Source: Thainema sp.
GTDB lineage: Bacteria; Cyanobacteriota; Cyanobacteriia; Phormidesmidales; Phormidesmidaceae
Reading direction: 5' to 3'
Length of the DNA stretch: 64,000 bases
Assembly (NCBI GenBank): GCA_052168235.1
Contig: JBQLZK010000023.1
Coordinates: 1 to 64,000 of the forward strand
How positions within the stretch are numbered: the stretch's first letter is position 1; each line of letters begins with the position of its first letter. The notes beneath the pieces were generated by a model. The model saw only the letters and a list, made by a program, of their open reading frames with translations, was not told the origin of the DNA and searched no databases. This document shows positions 1-11,749 of the stretch, piece after piece. The position numbers and the translations under genes are program-made.

Positions 1-53
1 TTTAGCCCACGATATCCCCCGCCTATTTTCCTTTTTTCAATAAATCAGCCCTG

Positions 54-113
54 CCTTAAAAAGGGGGGGACTGGCTTAAAGTTCCCCCTTTTTAAGGGGG
101 ATTTAGGGGGATC
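54..113. repeat. Cyanobacterial short dispersed palindromic repeat (CCCCCTTTTTAAGGGGGATTTAGGGGGATC type)
   Basis: ccttaaaaaggggggga...ttccccctttttaagggggatttagggggatc; recognisable intergenic repeat type of cyanobacteria. Confidence 0.55.
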
Positions 114-283
114 AGTCCGGGATTTAGAAGGACTATTTAGGATGTGTATAAGCAGTAGGCGACCGTGAGGTATGCATGTGAACTCATACCAGTTTGGGCA
201 AGTAGCGCTCTGGATGAGGCCAGTGCTGAGTGCTGAGTGCTGAGGATCAATTTGTAGCCATAACGGAGAGCAGCGATATTAAC

Positions 284-375
284 CCGTAAGGACGGGTTGT
301 GTTGATCAGCTTCGGGTCAAACCAATTACATTTCGGCTAAACCCGCCCCTACAGTTCAACGTAACCCGCCTCTAC
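284..375. repeat. REP-like element(s) (GTAGGGGCGGGTT...AACCCGCCCCTAC type)
   Basis: gtaaggacgggtt...aaacccgcccctac followed by aacccgcctctac; degenerate. Confidence 0.4.
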
Positions 376-393
376 CATGCAGGCAATATAAAC

Positions 394-1290
394 TTATGCT
401 GAAACCGTCTTGGTCGAAACTGATACAGCCGGATCGGTTTCGGGGCTAATATCGAGTACCATGCCTTCCTTGGCGACAACGCTGTTAGGGAAATGAGCTT
501 GGGTGAGCCGCTCAATTTCATCCATAAACTCATCGCCATGAGCCGGATCGTGATGGAAAATCACCAGTTTTTTTACATTAGCGGCTTTAGCAACTTTGAC
601 GGCTTCTTGCCAGGTTGAGTGTCCCCAACCGACTTTGCTAGTTCGTTCGTCGTAATACTCAGCGTCCGTATAGGTGGCATCGTAGACCATCACATCGGCG
701 TTGCGGCAGAGCCAGAGCACGTTTTCGTCCAGCCGATCATGAAAATGCTCGGTGTCCGTGATGTAGGCCGCCGACTGGCCGCGCCAGCTCACGCGATAGC
801 CAACGGCTTCACCGGGATGGTTGAGCAACGCATTGTCTACCACTACATCGTCGATTTGAACTGACTCACCCACTTCGATATCGCAAAACTTGAGGTCGGC
901 CCCCATAATTTGGAGCGGCACCGGAAAGTTGGGATGGAGCATTTGGTCGTTCAGCCGCTGCTCAATTGTGGAACCGTTCGGTGCGATCGCACCGTAGATC
1001 TTAAAGCGGTTGCCTTTGATGAAGGCGGGGGTAAAGAACGGAAAGCCTTGAATATGATCCCAGTGTGAGTGGGTGAAAAACATATTGGCATCAACGGGCA
1101 TGCGAGAGAGCATCTGCTGCCCCAGAACTCGCAGTCCTGTCCCACCGTCAAAGATTAAATCATGATCGCCTACCCGCATTTCAATGCAGGAGGTGTTGCC
1201 GCCGTAGCGAACGGTATTTTCGCCCGGACAGGCAATGCTGCCCCGGACTCCCCAAAAGTGGATTGTGAACCGATTTTGTGTATCAGCCAT
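394..1290 (-). CDS. MBL-fold metallo-hydrolase (phosphodiesterase/RNase Z-like group)
   Basis: FWGVRGS...YGGNTSC N-terminus, THSHWDHIQG (HxHxDH), GWGHS, FHHDP. Confidence 0.9.
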   Translation of the reverse strand: MADTQNRFTIHFWGVRGSIACPGENTVRYGGNTSCIEMRVGDHDLIFDGGTGLRVLGQQMLSRMPVDANMFFTHSHWDHIQGFPFFTPAFIKGNRFKIYGAIAPNGSTIEQRLNDQMLHPNFPVPLQIMGADLKFCDIEVGESVQIDDVVVDNALLNHPGEAVGYRVSWRGQSAAYITDTEHFHDRLDENVLWLCRNADVMVYDATYTDAEYYDERTSKVGWGHSTWQEAVKVAKAANVKKLVIFHHDPAHGDEFMDEIERLTQAHFPNSVVAKEGMVLDISPETDPAVSVSTKTVSA

Positions 1291-1715
1291 GAGATCGTTT
1301 TACCAGGCTTCACCAAGGTTTTTCCGTTACACCATCTTTCAGCGGTCTAGCGCGTATTCAGCATCAGTTGGTGTGATTGTAAAGTTGGAGAGGCACCACA
1401 AGTCGAGAAATGCTAGCGATGATCGAATCGAGGGTAATGATTCGTAATCGTAGATAAAAATATTTCTCTATTTTAGTACCTCAAGAAAGCGATCGCTGAA
1501 TGCGAATCCAGGTAGCCAAATCTTGCAACAAGTTTGGCTGATTTACAACAGGTTGACAACTAGAGTTTTAGAGTTGCTTGCTGTAGGGAACGAGGCTGGG
1601 ATAGACGTATGTCTAATGCTCATGGTGCCCGCATTTGCAGCTTCTGCGACAGATTTGGCTGGTTGGCCAGAGTAGATGCGATGCGGTGATGCCGCCCCGT
1701 TAACGCATCCGTTGA

Positions 1716-2594
1716 TTAAGAATCTGCTGTAGAACGTAATGTTGCTCCATCAAAAGCAACAAAATGTCTTGTTCCCAATTCGGCAACTCCTCTTAGACAG
1801 GTCAGATTATATTGAAGTGGCGTAATTGTGATGTAATTCTCGCGAATTGCATGTACATCTGCCGCTACCGTATTTTTCTTTATTGAAGCGGCTGACGGCG
1901 AATTCGGCTGTGATCTCAGTTCTGCAGGGCTGGAATTTAGATCATCCTCTGTTTCTTCCAGCAGTTCGCCAGCCAGCCAATAGTAGGTTTTGCCCCGTGG
2001 GTCAGTACGCTTCTCGAATAGATCAAAGTAGCGACGCACGCCCTGCTGCGTGACTTTGACGCCCTGAATGTCTGACGCTTCGATGGGAGGAATATTGACG
2101 TTCAGCAGCATGGGCTGCTCGAGCGGCTGCTGTTCCAGTTGAGCCAGCAGCTTGACTGCAAAATCGGCTGCGGGCTGAAAGTTTTGGTAGGCAAAGCTGG
2201 CTAGGCTAAATGCGATCGCAGGTATGCCTTCAATCAGTCCTTCCATTGCGGCGGAGACGGTACCGGAGTAAAGCACATCGGTGCCTAAGTTACTGCCGTG
2301 GTTAATGCCCGAAAGCACATAGTCAGGCGGCTCCGGCAAAAGAGCACCCAGCGCGAGTTTGACACAGTCTGACGGTGTTCCAGAACAGGCCCAGGCTTTG
2401 ACATCTGGATGAAATACATGATCCACCTGCTCAGCCCGAATTGGGTCATGCAGCGTCAAACCATGTCCCGTTGCTGAGCGTTCTCGGTCTGGACAAACTA
2501 CGGTTACCCGATGTCCGGCTTGGGCTACGGTGTTGGCTAGAGTGCGGATGCCAAGGGCAAAAACACCGTCGTCGTTACTTACGAGAATATTCAT
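1716..2594 (-). CDS. surE: 5'/3'-nucleotidase SurE
   Basis: [39 protein letters not shown] at 2594 preferred over TTG 2597. Confidence 0.95.
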   Translation of the reverse strand: MNILVSNDDGVFALGIRTLANTVAQAGHRVTVVCPDRERSATGHGLTLHDPIRAEQVDHVFHPDVKAWACSGTPSDCVKLALGALLPEPPDYVLSGINHGSNLGTDVLYSGTVSAAMEGLIEGIPAIAFSLASFAYQNFQPAADFAVKLLAQLEQQPLEQPMLLNVNIPPIEASDIQGVKVTQQGVRRYFDLFEKRTDPRGKTYYWLAGELLEETEDDLNSSPAELRSQPNSPSAASIKKNTVAADVHAIRENYITITPLQYNLTCLRGVAELGTRHFVAFDGATLRSTADS

Positions 2595-2660
2595 CAAACT
2601 GAACTCAAAAGGGAATTGGCTAGTCTGACTGTAACAAGTTTGGGGGGCAGTTCTCAGATC

Positions 2661-2718
2661 GCGACGTTTTGCGATCGCAGGTTGTGAGGCTGGCGACGCT
2701 GCGATCGCAAAACGTCGC
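2661..2718. repeat. 20-bp perfect inverted repeat with a HIP1 site in each arm
   Basis: gcgacgttttgcgatcgcag (2661-2680) / ctgcgatcgcaaaacgtcgc (2699-2718), 18-nt spacer. Confidence 0.8.
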
Positions 2719-2776
2719 AGAACATCACAAACATCGCAGAATGGCGAATGTTCATCAACCTAGCCTACGTTCACGC

Positions 2777-2811
2777 AAAAAGCGTCTGTCCGAGATAGGC
2801 AGACGCTTTTT
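2777..2811 (-). terminator. Intrinsic terminator after ftsH
   Basis: aaaaagcgtctg...cagacgcttttt hairpin with A/T tails just past the ftsH stop. Confidence 0.75.
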
Positions 2812-2819
2812 ACTGAGAC

Positions 2820-4757
2820 TTACTCACTTGCTGCAACGAGCTGCTTTTTTTGCTTTTCAGGCAGTTCCCTGTATTTTTCCACTAGAGTCCGGAATTCTTC
2901 ACCTTCTAGGATTTCACGCTCCAGTAGAGCATCGACAATGGCATCGAGAACCTGGCGATTCTCACGCATGACTTGGCGCGCTCGTTGGTAGCAGTGATTT
3001 GCGATCGCGCGCACTTGATTATCGATCTTGGTGGCCATCTCTTCCGAATATTCAGAGCGAGGCATCAAATCGCGACCTAGAAAGACGGAATCATTACCGC
3101 TTTCTAGAGCAAAAGGCCCCAGCTCTGACATACCGTAGCGGGTTACCATCTCCCGCGCCAGATTTGCCACAACTTGAATGTCGTTACTCGCACCGATGGT
3201 CACTTCATCTTCGCCAAAAACTTCATGCTCTGAGGCTCGACCACCCAGAGCAATAGTGATGCGATCCAAGAGCCAACTGCGGGTATATAAACCGCTATCA
3301 ACCATGTCCTCATCAAAACTCTGCTGAGCGAAACCACCAACGCCACCGGAACGAGGAATAATCGAGACCTTATTGAGTGGGTCAGAATTATCCAGCAGCG
3401 TCATCAAAATGGCGTGGCCAGCTTCGTGATAGGCAATAATGCGCTTTTTCTTGCTGTCGAGTAGGGGCGTTAAGGCCATCCCGGCGGTGATGCGGTCGAT
3501 AGCATCCTCAATTTCCCCCATGCCAATGGCATCTTTCCGCCGCCGAGCAGTCAAAATCGCGGCCTCATTAAGCAAGTTCGCCAAGTCTGCGCCCGAGAAG
3601 CCAGGGGTGCGACGAGCCACTGCCGCCAGCGAAATTCCCTCTTCTAGACGCTTATCACGGGCATGAACTTCCAGAATCCCCAACCGTCCGCTGTAGCCGG
3701 GTAGGTCAACCGTGACCTGACGGTCAAACCGGCCTGGGCGGAGGAGCGCCTGATCCAGGACATCAGGACGGTTAGTGGCGGCGATGATGATCACCCCTGC
3801 ATTGCCCTCAAAGCCGTCCATTTCGGTGAGGAGCTGGTTCAGAGTTTGCTCCCGTTCGTCATTGCCGCCGCCGATGCCAGCTCCCCGCTGACGGCCAACC
3901 GCGTCAATTTCGTCGATAAATACGAGACAGGGAGCGCTCTCCTTGGCTTTGCGGAACAGATCTCGCACCCGCGATGCGCCGACGCCGACAAACATTTCAA
4001 CGAATTCTGAACCGGAAATGCTGAAGAACGGAACGCCCGCTTCACCGGCGATCGCTTTAGCTAAGAGCGTTTTACCTGTTCCCGGCGGGCCAATTAGCAG
4101 CACACCTCGGGGAATTTTGGCTCCTACGGCAGTAAAGCGCTCCGGCTGCTTCAAAAAGGTGACAACCTCTTGCAGTTCTTCCTTGGCTTCCTCAATCCCT
4201 GCTACGTCATCAAACAAAATGCCAGTCTTGGCTTCCATTTGGAAGCGGGCTTTGGATTTGCCGAAGTTGAACGCTTGCCCTGACGCATTGGCCGAACGCC
4301 GGAAGATGAGCACCAAGCCCAAAATGAGCACCAGCGCTAGCAAGGCATTGGTCGCCAGCCAGGTCAATGCGCCGTTATCGGCTGAGGGCGTGACCTGAAA
4401 TTCGATATTGTTTGCTCTGAGGACATCAGACAGCTCACTGTTGTCCGTATCAAAAAGCTGAACTTCTTCGGGCGGTTCCCCTTCTTCTTGAGTCGTCAAG
4501 GTTACCCGCGCTAGATCGCGGTTGGGATCTAGCTCAACCTTTTCGACTTCTCCCGCCTCTACTTTTTCGATGAGTTCACCATAGCTCAATGGTTCTTCTG
4601 TTTCTTGGGTCTGCGCGATCGCAGGTGTGACAGGCAAAAAGCTCTGCAACAAAAACCATCCAATCGTCAGCATACCGGCAGATGCCGCACCTTTAGCTGC
4701 GGAGCGAGAAGTCGCTGATGACTGAGCGTGATTGGTTTGAGAAGAAGGCTGAATCAT
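2820..4757 (-). CDS. ftsH: ATP-dependent zinc metalloprotease FtsH (FtsH1-like paralog)
   Basis: Two TM segments, [14 protein letters not shown], second region of homology [24 protein letters not shown] zinc motif. Confidence 0.97.
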   Translation of the reverse strand: MIQPSSQTNHAQSSATSRSAAKGAASAGMLTIGWFLLQSFLPVTPAIAQTQETEEPLSYGELIEKVEAGEVEKVELDPNRDLARVTLTTQEEGEPPEEVQLFDTDNSELSDVLRANNIEFQVTPSADNGALTWLATNALLALVLILGLVLIFRRSANASGQAFNFGKSKARFQMEAKTGILFDDVAGIEEAKEELQEVVTFLKQPERFTAVGAKIPRGVLLIGPPGTGKTLLAKAIAGEAGVPFFSISGSEFVEMFVGVGASRVRDLFRKAKESAPCLVFIDEIDAVGRQRGAGIGGGNDEREQTLNQLLTEMDGFEGNAGVIIIAATNRPDVLDQALLRPGRFDRQVTVDLPGYSGRLGILEVHARDKRLEEGISLAAVARRTPGFSGADLANLLNEAAILTARRRKDAIGMGEIEDAIDRITAGMALTPLLDSKKKRIIAYHEAGHAILMTLLDNSDPLNKVSIIPRSGGVGGFAQQSFDEDMVDSGLYTRSWLLDRITIALGGRASEHEVFGEDEVTIGASNDIQVVANLAREMVTRYGMSELGPFALESGNDSVFLGRDLMPRSEYSEEMATKIDNQVRAIANHCYQRARQVMRENRQVLDAIVDALLEREILEGEEFRTLVEKYRELPEKQKKQLVAASE

Positions 4758-5287
4758 CGATAAATGTCTTTCCTCTGATGCCGTGCGGATGAACTCGGTT
4801 GGAACTATCAGGTCAATACACAGTGAGTTGTGTGACTGAGTTGGACTAAACCTGTATTCTCAGAACGCACTTGGTTGAGCCTGAATACCGAGTCAAGTTC
4901 AATACAGTTTACTTCGATCTATTGTCTAGTGTAGCTTCATGGCTCAATCACTGCCTGAGGTGATCGGAAGGGTTTTTTAAGATACAGCAGCAAGATGCAG
5001 TAGTGGTCATAGCCGCATTACGCCTTGGGGCCGTAGCATATCGTGCAAATCCGCAATGGGTTCGAGTGCAACGGAAAAATTTTTCGCCCCGGTGATTTTC
5101 GACATACGTCTACACAATACGTCTACATATAATCTGCACATCATCAACGGTTTCACCAACTGCGATCGCAGTTGTCCCCCATAAATTCACACCATCATGG
5201 TTTTGAGCAATGTGGTACATCTTTTCGCCACATCCCTGCGGCGCACGCATGGTCAGTTGACGTATGAACTTGGAGCAGTATGGATGG

Positions 5288-8200
5288 TTAAACCGCTTGA
5301 CCGTTTAACTGTGACAAAGTCTCTTCCTGCTGTCGGACAGCGGCTAGTAGTTCGGCATTTTGAATAATCACGCCGACTTGGTTATTGAAAATTTGCAGAC
5401 ATTTGCGATCGCTATCGTCAAAGCTGGTTCGCAGCACGTCAGGCACCTTTCCCTGCTGCATCAGAGCGTAATCCGGAATGACATTGGCTAGCTTTTTATT
5501 GACCAGTTGCGTCACGCCGATCAGCTCACCATCCGAGTCCAAAATTGGCATACAGAGCAGGCTACAGGTGCGATAGCCGGACTTCTGATCGGTTCGCTTC
5601 GCCGTGGCCGCGTCGGGATGATCGTACAAGTCAAAGGGAATATTCAGCACGTCACCTGTAGCGGCGACCTGTCCGGCAAAGCCTTGGCCAACATTGACGC
5701 GGATCTCCTGATAATCCTCTGCACCTGTTCCGGTGGGAATTTGCGTCCAAAGCTGCTGCCGTGCGTCATCCAGCAGCCAGAGCGTCCCCCGATCGGCATT
5801 CATCAAGTCTTTGGCCGCATCGATTACTCGATCCAGCAGTTCAGCTGGATTCACTCCATTACCAGACAGGGAACGAGTCGCCGCCATCAGGGCCGCCGCT
5901 ACCCGCTGACCCCGTGCCGTCTTGTGATAGGAGCAAAAACTTTCCAGGATAAGCTGAATGGCGGCAGCATCGTGGGTGATTTTCTCCACATCGGCTTCAT
6001 CGAATCCATTCGGATCAATCCGTTCGGCTAATGGTGCCCAGTGATGCGAGTGGGGCTTGAGCTTGTTGAGCAGTTGCACCACCGCCACCAGCTTGCGCTT
6101 GGGATTAATCATCGGCAGCGCCAGCATGGTGTACGTGCGGTAGCTGTGTTCCTGATCCAGCCGCCGGGCCACGGTCGAGCGCGGATCGTCATAGAAATCG
6201 TATGGGATGTTAATTTGCGATCGCGTTGCCGCTACTTCTCCGACAATGCCCTGATCGGCAGGAACGCGAATTTCGAGATGATTGTGGTCGGCATCGGACT
6301 CGGCGATGATTGTCCAAAACTCGTTCTGTTCCTCATCGAGCAGAAAAATCGACGTGCGATCGGCTCCTACGGCTCGGCCCAGCTTGTTGGTAATTGAACG
6401 CAAGGTGGTGTCTAAAATCTCGTCGAATCCCTGAGCATCCATCACCTGATTCAGTAGCGCTAGAGTCCGACTAACCACGCTTTGGGGATGATTGGCAGCC
6501 TGCTCCTTGAGGGCCGCAAACCGCTTGGCATTTTGAATGGCCACGCCAACTTGAGTATTAAACACCTCTAGGTGCTTTTGGCTATTGCTGTCAAAACTGG
6601 CTTTGAAACAGTCGGGTGCTTCCGGCCACTGAGCGGGGTCATAGTCAGGAAAATCGCCCAAGCGTCGCTTATTCACCAACTGCGTTATGCCCAACAGTTC
6701 AGCGTTGGGGCTAAAGATCGGCATACAGAGCAGGCTGCAGGTGCGATATCCGGTTTGCTCATCAGTCTGGCGGGCCGTGGCGGAGTCGGGATGATCGTAC
6801 AAATCAAAGGGAATATTCAGCGGTTTGCCCGTGGCAGCGGTTTGGCCCACATAGCCCTTGCCGACCGGAATGCGAATTTCCTGCATCACGCCATTGCTGG
6901 TGGGGATTTTTGTCCACAGGTCGTTTTGTTCTAGATCTAGTAGCCAGAGCGTGCTCCGATCGGCGTTCATCAGCTTTTTGGCTGCATCCATCACCCGCTT
7001 GATAATTTCGTCAGAGTCCAGGCTGCTCTGAGAAATCGAGTTGGCCGCTTCATTCAGCGCTTCAGACGCCTGTAACCGCTGGGTGAGGCGATAGCAGTAC
7101 TGACAGCGCTCCAGCACCCGTTGAATCGGCGAGGCATATTCTTCCAGCAGTCGCTGATCGCTGGCGGTAAAGCCCTGGGGATTGAGCTTATCGATCAGCG
7201 GCACCTCGGCACTGCGACCGGGCTGAATTTTGTTGACCAGCTTTACAAAAGCCACAGGCATATTGTTCTGGTCGTACAGCGGCAAAAACAGCTCGTGATA
7301 AATACGGTAGCTGCCTTCCTGGTGCGGTTGAGCTGTAACCTGCTGTTCTTGCCACTCTTTAAACTCGGTAATGCGGCCCTGGGCCTGCTCATTGCTGAGA
7401 ATCCGAATTTCAGGCCGTTGACTGTTGCTTTTGGAGACAATCGACCAGAGATCGTTTTTTTCCGGATCGACAAACACAATGCTGACCCGATCGACGCTGA
7501 GCATTTCCCGCAGCTTGGCGACAATCGAGCTCAAAATCTCATCCAGGATGTAGTCAAATCCCTGCCCCTCCATCAAACTGAGCATGGACAGCAGTTTTTG
7601 CTCCTGCCGCGCCACGGTTTGCATAAAGTCGGCTCGAATACTCAACAGTGCCTGCTGAACCCATACTGAGTTGAACACAACGGCGTAGATCCGGTTGTAC
7701 ACCTGAAGCTGGCCGCCGCGCTTGACGATTAGCCCTGCGATCTGTAGCTCAAGCTGCTCACTGCGACTGCTAGCTGGAACCGCACCCTGCTCCAAAATCT
7801 GCTGATAGAATCGCAGGATTGGCCCCGTCCGATGCGCCACCCGCAAAACGCGATCGCGGATTGTCTTTAAATGCGGCGGTTCATCTTGAGCTTCCCAGTT
7901 ATCGATAATCTTGTCGTAAACTAGCTGATCAACCCACTCAGTCGTGCTGACATGCAGGGGAATACGTGGCTGACTAACCACAAACTGGCAGAGCTTCTGG
8001 GTCAGAAACGGCTGTCCGCCTGTCCAGTCCAGAATGGTTTTCAGCACCTGAAGCGGATGTTCGACCCGCTCCGCTAGTCCAGCGGCTAAGGGAGCTGCTT
8101 CTTCTAGTTGAAATCCGTGCAGATCAATTGGGCGACCCACATTAAACGGCGTGCAGCGGCTGTCCTGAATCAGCTCCGACGGAGTGGTGACACCGAGCAG

Positions 8201-8722
8201 CGCAAACGTTAGCCGATCGTAGTCATCGCAGGCTCGGATAAACACAAAGAAATCATCCAGGTTGAACGGCAAACTGCGGACGCTGTCGATTTCGTCAATA
8301 AACACCACAATGGGCGACTGCACCTCGACTAGCAGCACCTGCTCAATCAGTTCACTCAGCCGCTCAATCGGCGACAGGTAATCTCGCTCACTCAGCCAGG
8401 TGCGTAGCTGGATTGACAGGTGAAAGCTGCTGACCAGCCGCCGCATCACACCCGCATACCACTGGTCGCGAGTAATGTCCTGACTGCCAATCTTGGTCAA
8501 ATCAATCGCGGCACAGGCAACTCCCTCCTGCTTCAGCCGATGCATGGTGCGCACGCGCAAACTGGTTTTGCCCATCTGCCGCGAGTTGAGCACGTAGCAG
8601 AATTCTCCGGCCTTGAGCGCGGTGTACAGCTCTTCGTCAGCTTGGCGGACAACATAGCTAGGCGCATCAAGGGAGAGATGGCCGCCGACTTTGTAGTGAT
8701 AGTTGTAGAGGGAGGGGGGCAT
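5288..8722 (-). CDS. AAA_35-type P-loop ATPase fused to four GAF domains (two CyaB2-like tandem GAF modules)
   Basis: [41 protein letters not shown]; then GAF-A/GAF-B twice (ADR(S/G)[34 protein letters not shown]). Confidence 0.88.
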   Translation of the reverse strand: MPPSLYNYHYKVGGHLSLDAPSYVVRQADEELYTALKAGEFCYVLNSRQMGKTSLRVRTMHRLKQEGVACAAIDLTKIGSQDITRDQWYAGVMRRLVSSFHLSIQLRTWLSERDYLSPIERLSELIEQVLLVEVQSPIVVFIDEIDSVRSLPFNLDDFFVFIRACDDYDRLTFALLGVTTPSELIQDSRCTPFNVGRPIDLHGFQLEEAAPLAAGLAERVEHPLQVLKTILDWTGGQPFLTQKLCQFVVSQPRIPLHVSTTEWVDQLVYDKIIDNWEAQDEPPHLKTIRDRVLRVAHRTGPILRFYQQILEQGAVPASSRSEQLELQIAGLIVKRGGQLQVYNRIYAVVFNSVWVQQALLSIRADFMQTVARQEQKLLSMLSLMEGQGFDYILDEILSSIVAKLREMLSVDRVSIVFVDPEKNDLWSIVSKSNSQRPEIRILSNEQAQGRITEFKEWQEQQVTAQPHQEGSYRIYHELFLPLYDQNNMPVAFVKLVNKIQPGRSAEVPLIDKLNPQGFTASDQRLLEEYASPIQRVLERCQYCYRLTQRLQASEALNEAANSISQSSLDSDEIIKRVMDAAKKLMNADRSTLWLLDLEQNDLWTKIPTSNGVMQEIRIPVGKGYVGQTAATGKPLNIPFDLYDHPDSATARQTDEQTGYRTCSLLCMPIFSPNAELLGITQLVNKRRLGDFPDYDPAQWPEAPDCFKASFDSNSQKHLEVFNTQVGVAIQNAKRFAALKEQAANHPQSVVSRTLALLNQVMDAQGFDEILDTTLRSITNKLGRAVGADRTSIFLLDEEQNEFWTIIAESDADHNHLEIRVPADQGIVGEVAATRSQINIPYDFYDDPRSTVARRLDQEHSYRTYTMLALPMINPKRKLVAVVQLLNKLKPHSHHWAPLAERIDPNGFDEADVEKITHDAAAIQLILESFCSYHKTARGQRVAAALMAATRSLSGNGVNPAELLDRVIDAAKDLMNADRGTLWLLDDARQQLWTQIPTGTGAEDYQEIRVNVGQGFAGQVAATGDVLNIPFDLYDHPDAATAKRTDQKSGYRTCSLLCMPILDSDGELIGVTQLVNKKLANVIPDYALMQQGKVPDVLRTSFDDSDRKCLQIFNNQVGVIIQNAELLAAVRQQEETLSQLNGQAV

Positions 8723-8870
8723 GGTGGGAGGGGTGAGGGAGTGGGAGGGTGAGGGAGTGGATGAGTGGGGGGTGGATGGGTAGATGAGTGGATGGGGAGC
8801 GGGGGAGAGAGGGAGCAGTAGGCGGCTCCGTTGCTCCGTTGCCCCCTTGCCCCCCTGCTCCGTTGCTCCT
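8723..8870. repeat. Degenerate octamer tandem repeats filling the intergenic spacer
   Basis: GGTGGATG/GATGAGTG-like units, then TTGCTCCG/TTGCCCCC-like units. Confidence 0.7.
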
Positions 8871-8872
8871 TA

Positions 8873-10927
8873 TTACGCAGAATCAGGCGGTGGGAGTTGG
8901 ATGCGATCGCAAAAATAGCGGCGGTAGAGTTCAAAGCTAGGAACAGCACCGTTGCCTTGCAGGTGGACGAGGCCCATGCTGTGCAGTTTGAAAATTTGCT
9001 CGGAGTCGAGCGGGACGGGGGCAGAGGCGTGCAGGATGGTGCTGTAGGCGCGGGCTAGATCGGGATACTGCTCGAACTGCCAGAGGTGACGGCGCAGGTG
9101 ATCGCTGTAGATCCCGGCTTCGGTGGGGGCGGTGTCGTGTAGCTCGGCCAAGGTGAGCTGATTTTGGGCAATGTAGTACATAGCCAGCCGCACGAGATAG
9201 GGATGACCACCAACTAGGGTCATTAGGCTGTGTACGTCGCTGTCTGCCCAGTTAAGCTGGTGGCGATGGGCCAAGTCAGCGACCTGTTCGGCTGTAAACT
9301 CTGACAGTTCAATCGGCAAACCCACGTTAAACGGCGACTGATTCACGTCCAGCGGAATGTAAACCTCGGTGGAATGCACAACGACTAGCCGCAGCTTTTC
9401 CCAGAGCTGGCTGTCGTCGCTGCCGTAGCTGGCTTCTTCATACCAAGCGCGCAGCAGGCCAAAAAAATCGTCGGCGATTTGCGGATACTGAAAGACGGCA
9501 TCCACTTCGTCTAGACCGAGGACGAGGGGACTGGCGATTTCCGGCAGCAGGTAATCTTCAAAATACGTTGTGCAGTTGTCCTTACTGCCATAAGTGTCGT
9601 CCCAGTAGGTTTCTAATCGGGGCGGCAGGTGCAGCTTACGGGCAATCTTGGTGCAGAACCAGCGCAGCAGGCTGCCGAGATCCTGAAAAATTTCCCGATC
9701 GGCATGTTGAAAACTGAGCGGAATCGCCTGATAGCCCTTTTGCGTCTGAGCATGGTGAATAATCCGCGCCATCAGCGAGGTTTTTCCCATTTGGCGGGGC
9801 GCTTTGATTCGAATCAGCATTCCCGGTCGGCCAATTTCGTCATAGCAAGCTGGCTCATAGGGCGCACGTTCGACGTAGAAGGCCGAAGCCAGACGCACTT
9901 GGCCCCTGGGAATCTCCGGTTCCGCCGTCGGCAGCGGATAGGACGATAGTGGTGCCGTCTGCGATACGGCCTGTGACTGGTCTAAATTCGACTGATCTAA
10001 ATTCGACTGATCTAAATTCGTAGAATTCTGCCCAATACCATGCTCAACGCCGTATAAACTTCGCTCAGCGCTGGGTTGATCCGCATCAAATGGGACATCA
10101 TCTACATTCAAGCTGAACTGGGTAGGGTGTTGCGTTCGGCTTTGCCGTCTCGAAGAAAATCGCAATCCAGTATCCACCGTTGGCGAATCCAGCAGCGCAT
10201 CGGTTAACCCGGTTAAATTTGACAGGTCACCCTGCTCCAAAAACTGCTGAATTGTTTGAGCAATGGACAGAGTATCGGCGCTTGATGACCACTGCCACTG
10301 AATCGCGCCCTGGAGATAATTCCGCAAATCGTGATGTAGCGCCATCTCGGCATCCGAATCGGTTCGCACTACGACCAGAAGGGGGCGATCGCCATCCTGA
10401 TTGCGCCACTGCCGCAGCCGTCGCAGTTCTTCCATCACCATTTCACTGACCGCCGTTTGCGGCGACAGCAGCAGAATAAAGCAGTCACAGCGCTTCAGCT
10501 CCAGATCCACCTGCGCCAAGCTAGCCGTATTGGACTGGAAAGGTAAAGGTGCGATCGCATCTAAATCACTGGCAAATGGTAAGTAACCAGTGGCCTCAAA
10601 CGACTGGTAAAGCGCCTCGGCCACTACTCGATCCAACTCACAGTTGCGATAGCTAATAAACACTCGCTTCTGTCGCAGGTATAGGCGCTCTAGCGCTCCT
10701 CGGATACGCTTTTTAGAAATCTTTTCACCAAGGGCTTCTGATAGCTTTTGCCATAGCCGATAGCCCACGGTTTTCTCAATATATTCGGGATTGCGTGGGT
10801 AAATCTTTTCATAGGTTTGTCCTTGCCAAGAACCAATGAAAACCCGTCGCTCTAAATCATTAAGGTGCTTGTTGGTTTTGGCATAGAGTAGTCGATCGAC
10901 TAGAGAGAGCGCATCTTGAACGTCCAT
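8873..10927 (-). CDS. HTH-like N-terminus + TIR domain + AAA_35-type P-loop ATPase
   Basis: HLNDLERRVFIGSWQGQTYEKI N-terminus; TIR RVFISY...CDCFILLLSP...[47 protein letters not shown]. Confidence 0.88.
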   Translation of the reverse strand: MDVQDALSLVDRLLYAKTNKHLNDLERRVFIGSWQGQTYEKIYPRNPEYIEKTVGYRLWQKLSEALGEKISKKRIRGALERLYLRQKRVFISYRNCELDRVVAEALYQSFEATGYLPFASDLDAIAPLPFQSNTASLAQVDLELKRCDCFILLLSPQTAVSEMVMEELRRLRQWRNQDGDRPLLVVVRTDSDAEMALHHDLRNYLQGAIQWQWSSSADTLSIAQTIQQFLEQGDLSNLTGLTDALLDSPTVDTGLRFSSRRQSRTQHPTQFSLNVDDVPFDADQPSAERSLYGVEHGIGQNSTNLDQSNLDQSNLDQSQAVSQTAPLSSYPLPTAEPEIPRGQVRLASAFYVERAPYEPACYDEIGRPGMLIRIKAPRQMGKTSLMARIIHHAQTQKGYQAIPLSFQHADREIFQDLGSLLRWFCTKIARKLHLPPRLETYWDDTYGSKDNCTTYFEDYLLPEIASPLVLGLDEVDAVFQYPQIADDFFGLLRAWYEEASYGSDDSQLWEKLRLVVVHSTEVYIPLDVNQSPFNVGLPIELSEFTAEQVADLAHRHQLNWADSDVHSLMTLVGGHPYLVRLAMYYIAQNQLTLAELHDTAPTEAGIYSDHLRRHLWQFEQYPDLARAYSTILHASAPVPLDSEQIFKLHSMGLVHLQGNGAVPSFELYRRYFCDRIQLPPPDSA
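9974..10021. repeat. 3 x 15-bp in-frame tandem repeat (NLDQS) in the TIR-ATPase linker
   Basis: gactg(g/a)tctaaattc x3. Confidence 0.85.
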
Positions 10928-11357
10928 TGCAATTGTTCAACATCCTGATAACCCAATTTGGAGTAATGCACCTGATTAAACTATTTGCAAACAGAGCTGG
11001 GATACATGGCTATAACTGAATTTAATAAACTAAAGTAAACCATCATCTATTAATTGATTTTGATTTATACTCGCTTTTTTGCAAAATAAAACTGTCACTA
11101 AAACTTTTGCGATCGCAGTATCAAATTCAATTTGATCTATGCACTATTACATCTGAAAACTGCCATGAAGCCTGTTTGTTGAATTCTAATAGTTAATGCT
11201 AATCAATCCTTAAAGATATATTGCTTAATATAATTGAAAATCAAATAAAGCATTAAATAGTCGATGGATAAATCATGAAAACAGTTTTTGGCAGAGAAGC
11301 AATAAACTGCTGAAATAGCTCTTTACTAGCTTGATGATAAGCCTATATGCTTAAACT

Positions 11358-11379
11358 AATTGCGATTTAGATCACAAAT
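11358..11379. promoter_or_regulatory. Putative CRP-type (cAMP receptor protein) binding site
   Basis: aat-TGCGA-TTTAGA-TCACA-aat; core matches TGTGATCTAGATCACA at 14/16; lies in an AT-rich divergent promoter region. Confidence 0.6.
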
Positions 11380-11749
11380 GATAACAGGAATGTGTCACAA
11401 CATTGTCAACTGTAAATCACAAGTAGAGATCTGGCGAAAAACTCAACCTAAAAACACATCAGAAAATTGAATAAGTCTGATTAATTAGGGCTAAAGAGAG
11501 GTTTTATGAGGTTTTATGAGTTATGAGATTAAGTCCTGATCTACAGTGGTAGAGGTCTGTATTCGATAGTTAATTGACTGAAATGGGATCAGTTAACATC
11601 TTCTAAATTCATTTTTTATTTTGATGAGGTTTTCTGGTTGTAGTTTCCTAAGGCGCATCACACACTAAGAGCATAGGTAGTGAGAAGCTATCGATCTGGC
11701 TAACAGAACAGATTAGATATTTGCCCCGCCGCATCAGGAGAACACAGTC

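Noticed and set aside
394..1290. MBL hydrolase as part of the cAMP/TIR locus
   Set aside because: Separated from it by housekeeping surE and ftsH; substrate cannot be inferred
5025..5130. REP-like remnant (ggggc...gaaaaattttttcgcccc; atacgtctaca x2)
   Set aside because: Too degenerate to delimit confidently
5507..7669. Several plus-strand ORFs opposite the GAF gene, and similar antisense ORFs elsewhere (e.g. 39357-40004, 29427-29978)
   Set aside because: Shadow frames of well-supported genes, with no recognisable motifs
8533..8949. 138-aa ORF bridging the two ATPase genes (possible frameshift fusion)
   Set aside because: Made of translated octamer repeats; both flanking genes have intact starts, stops and their own ATPase domains
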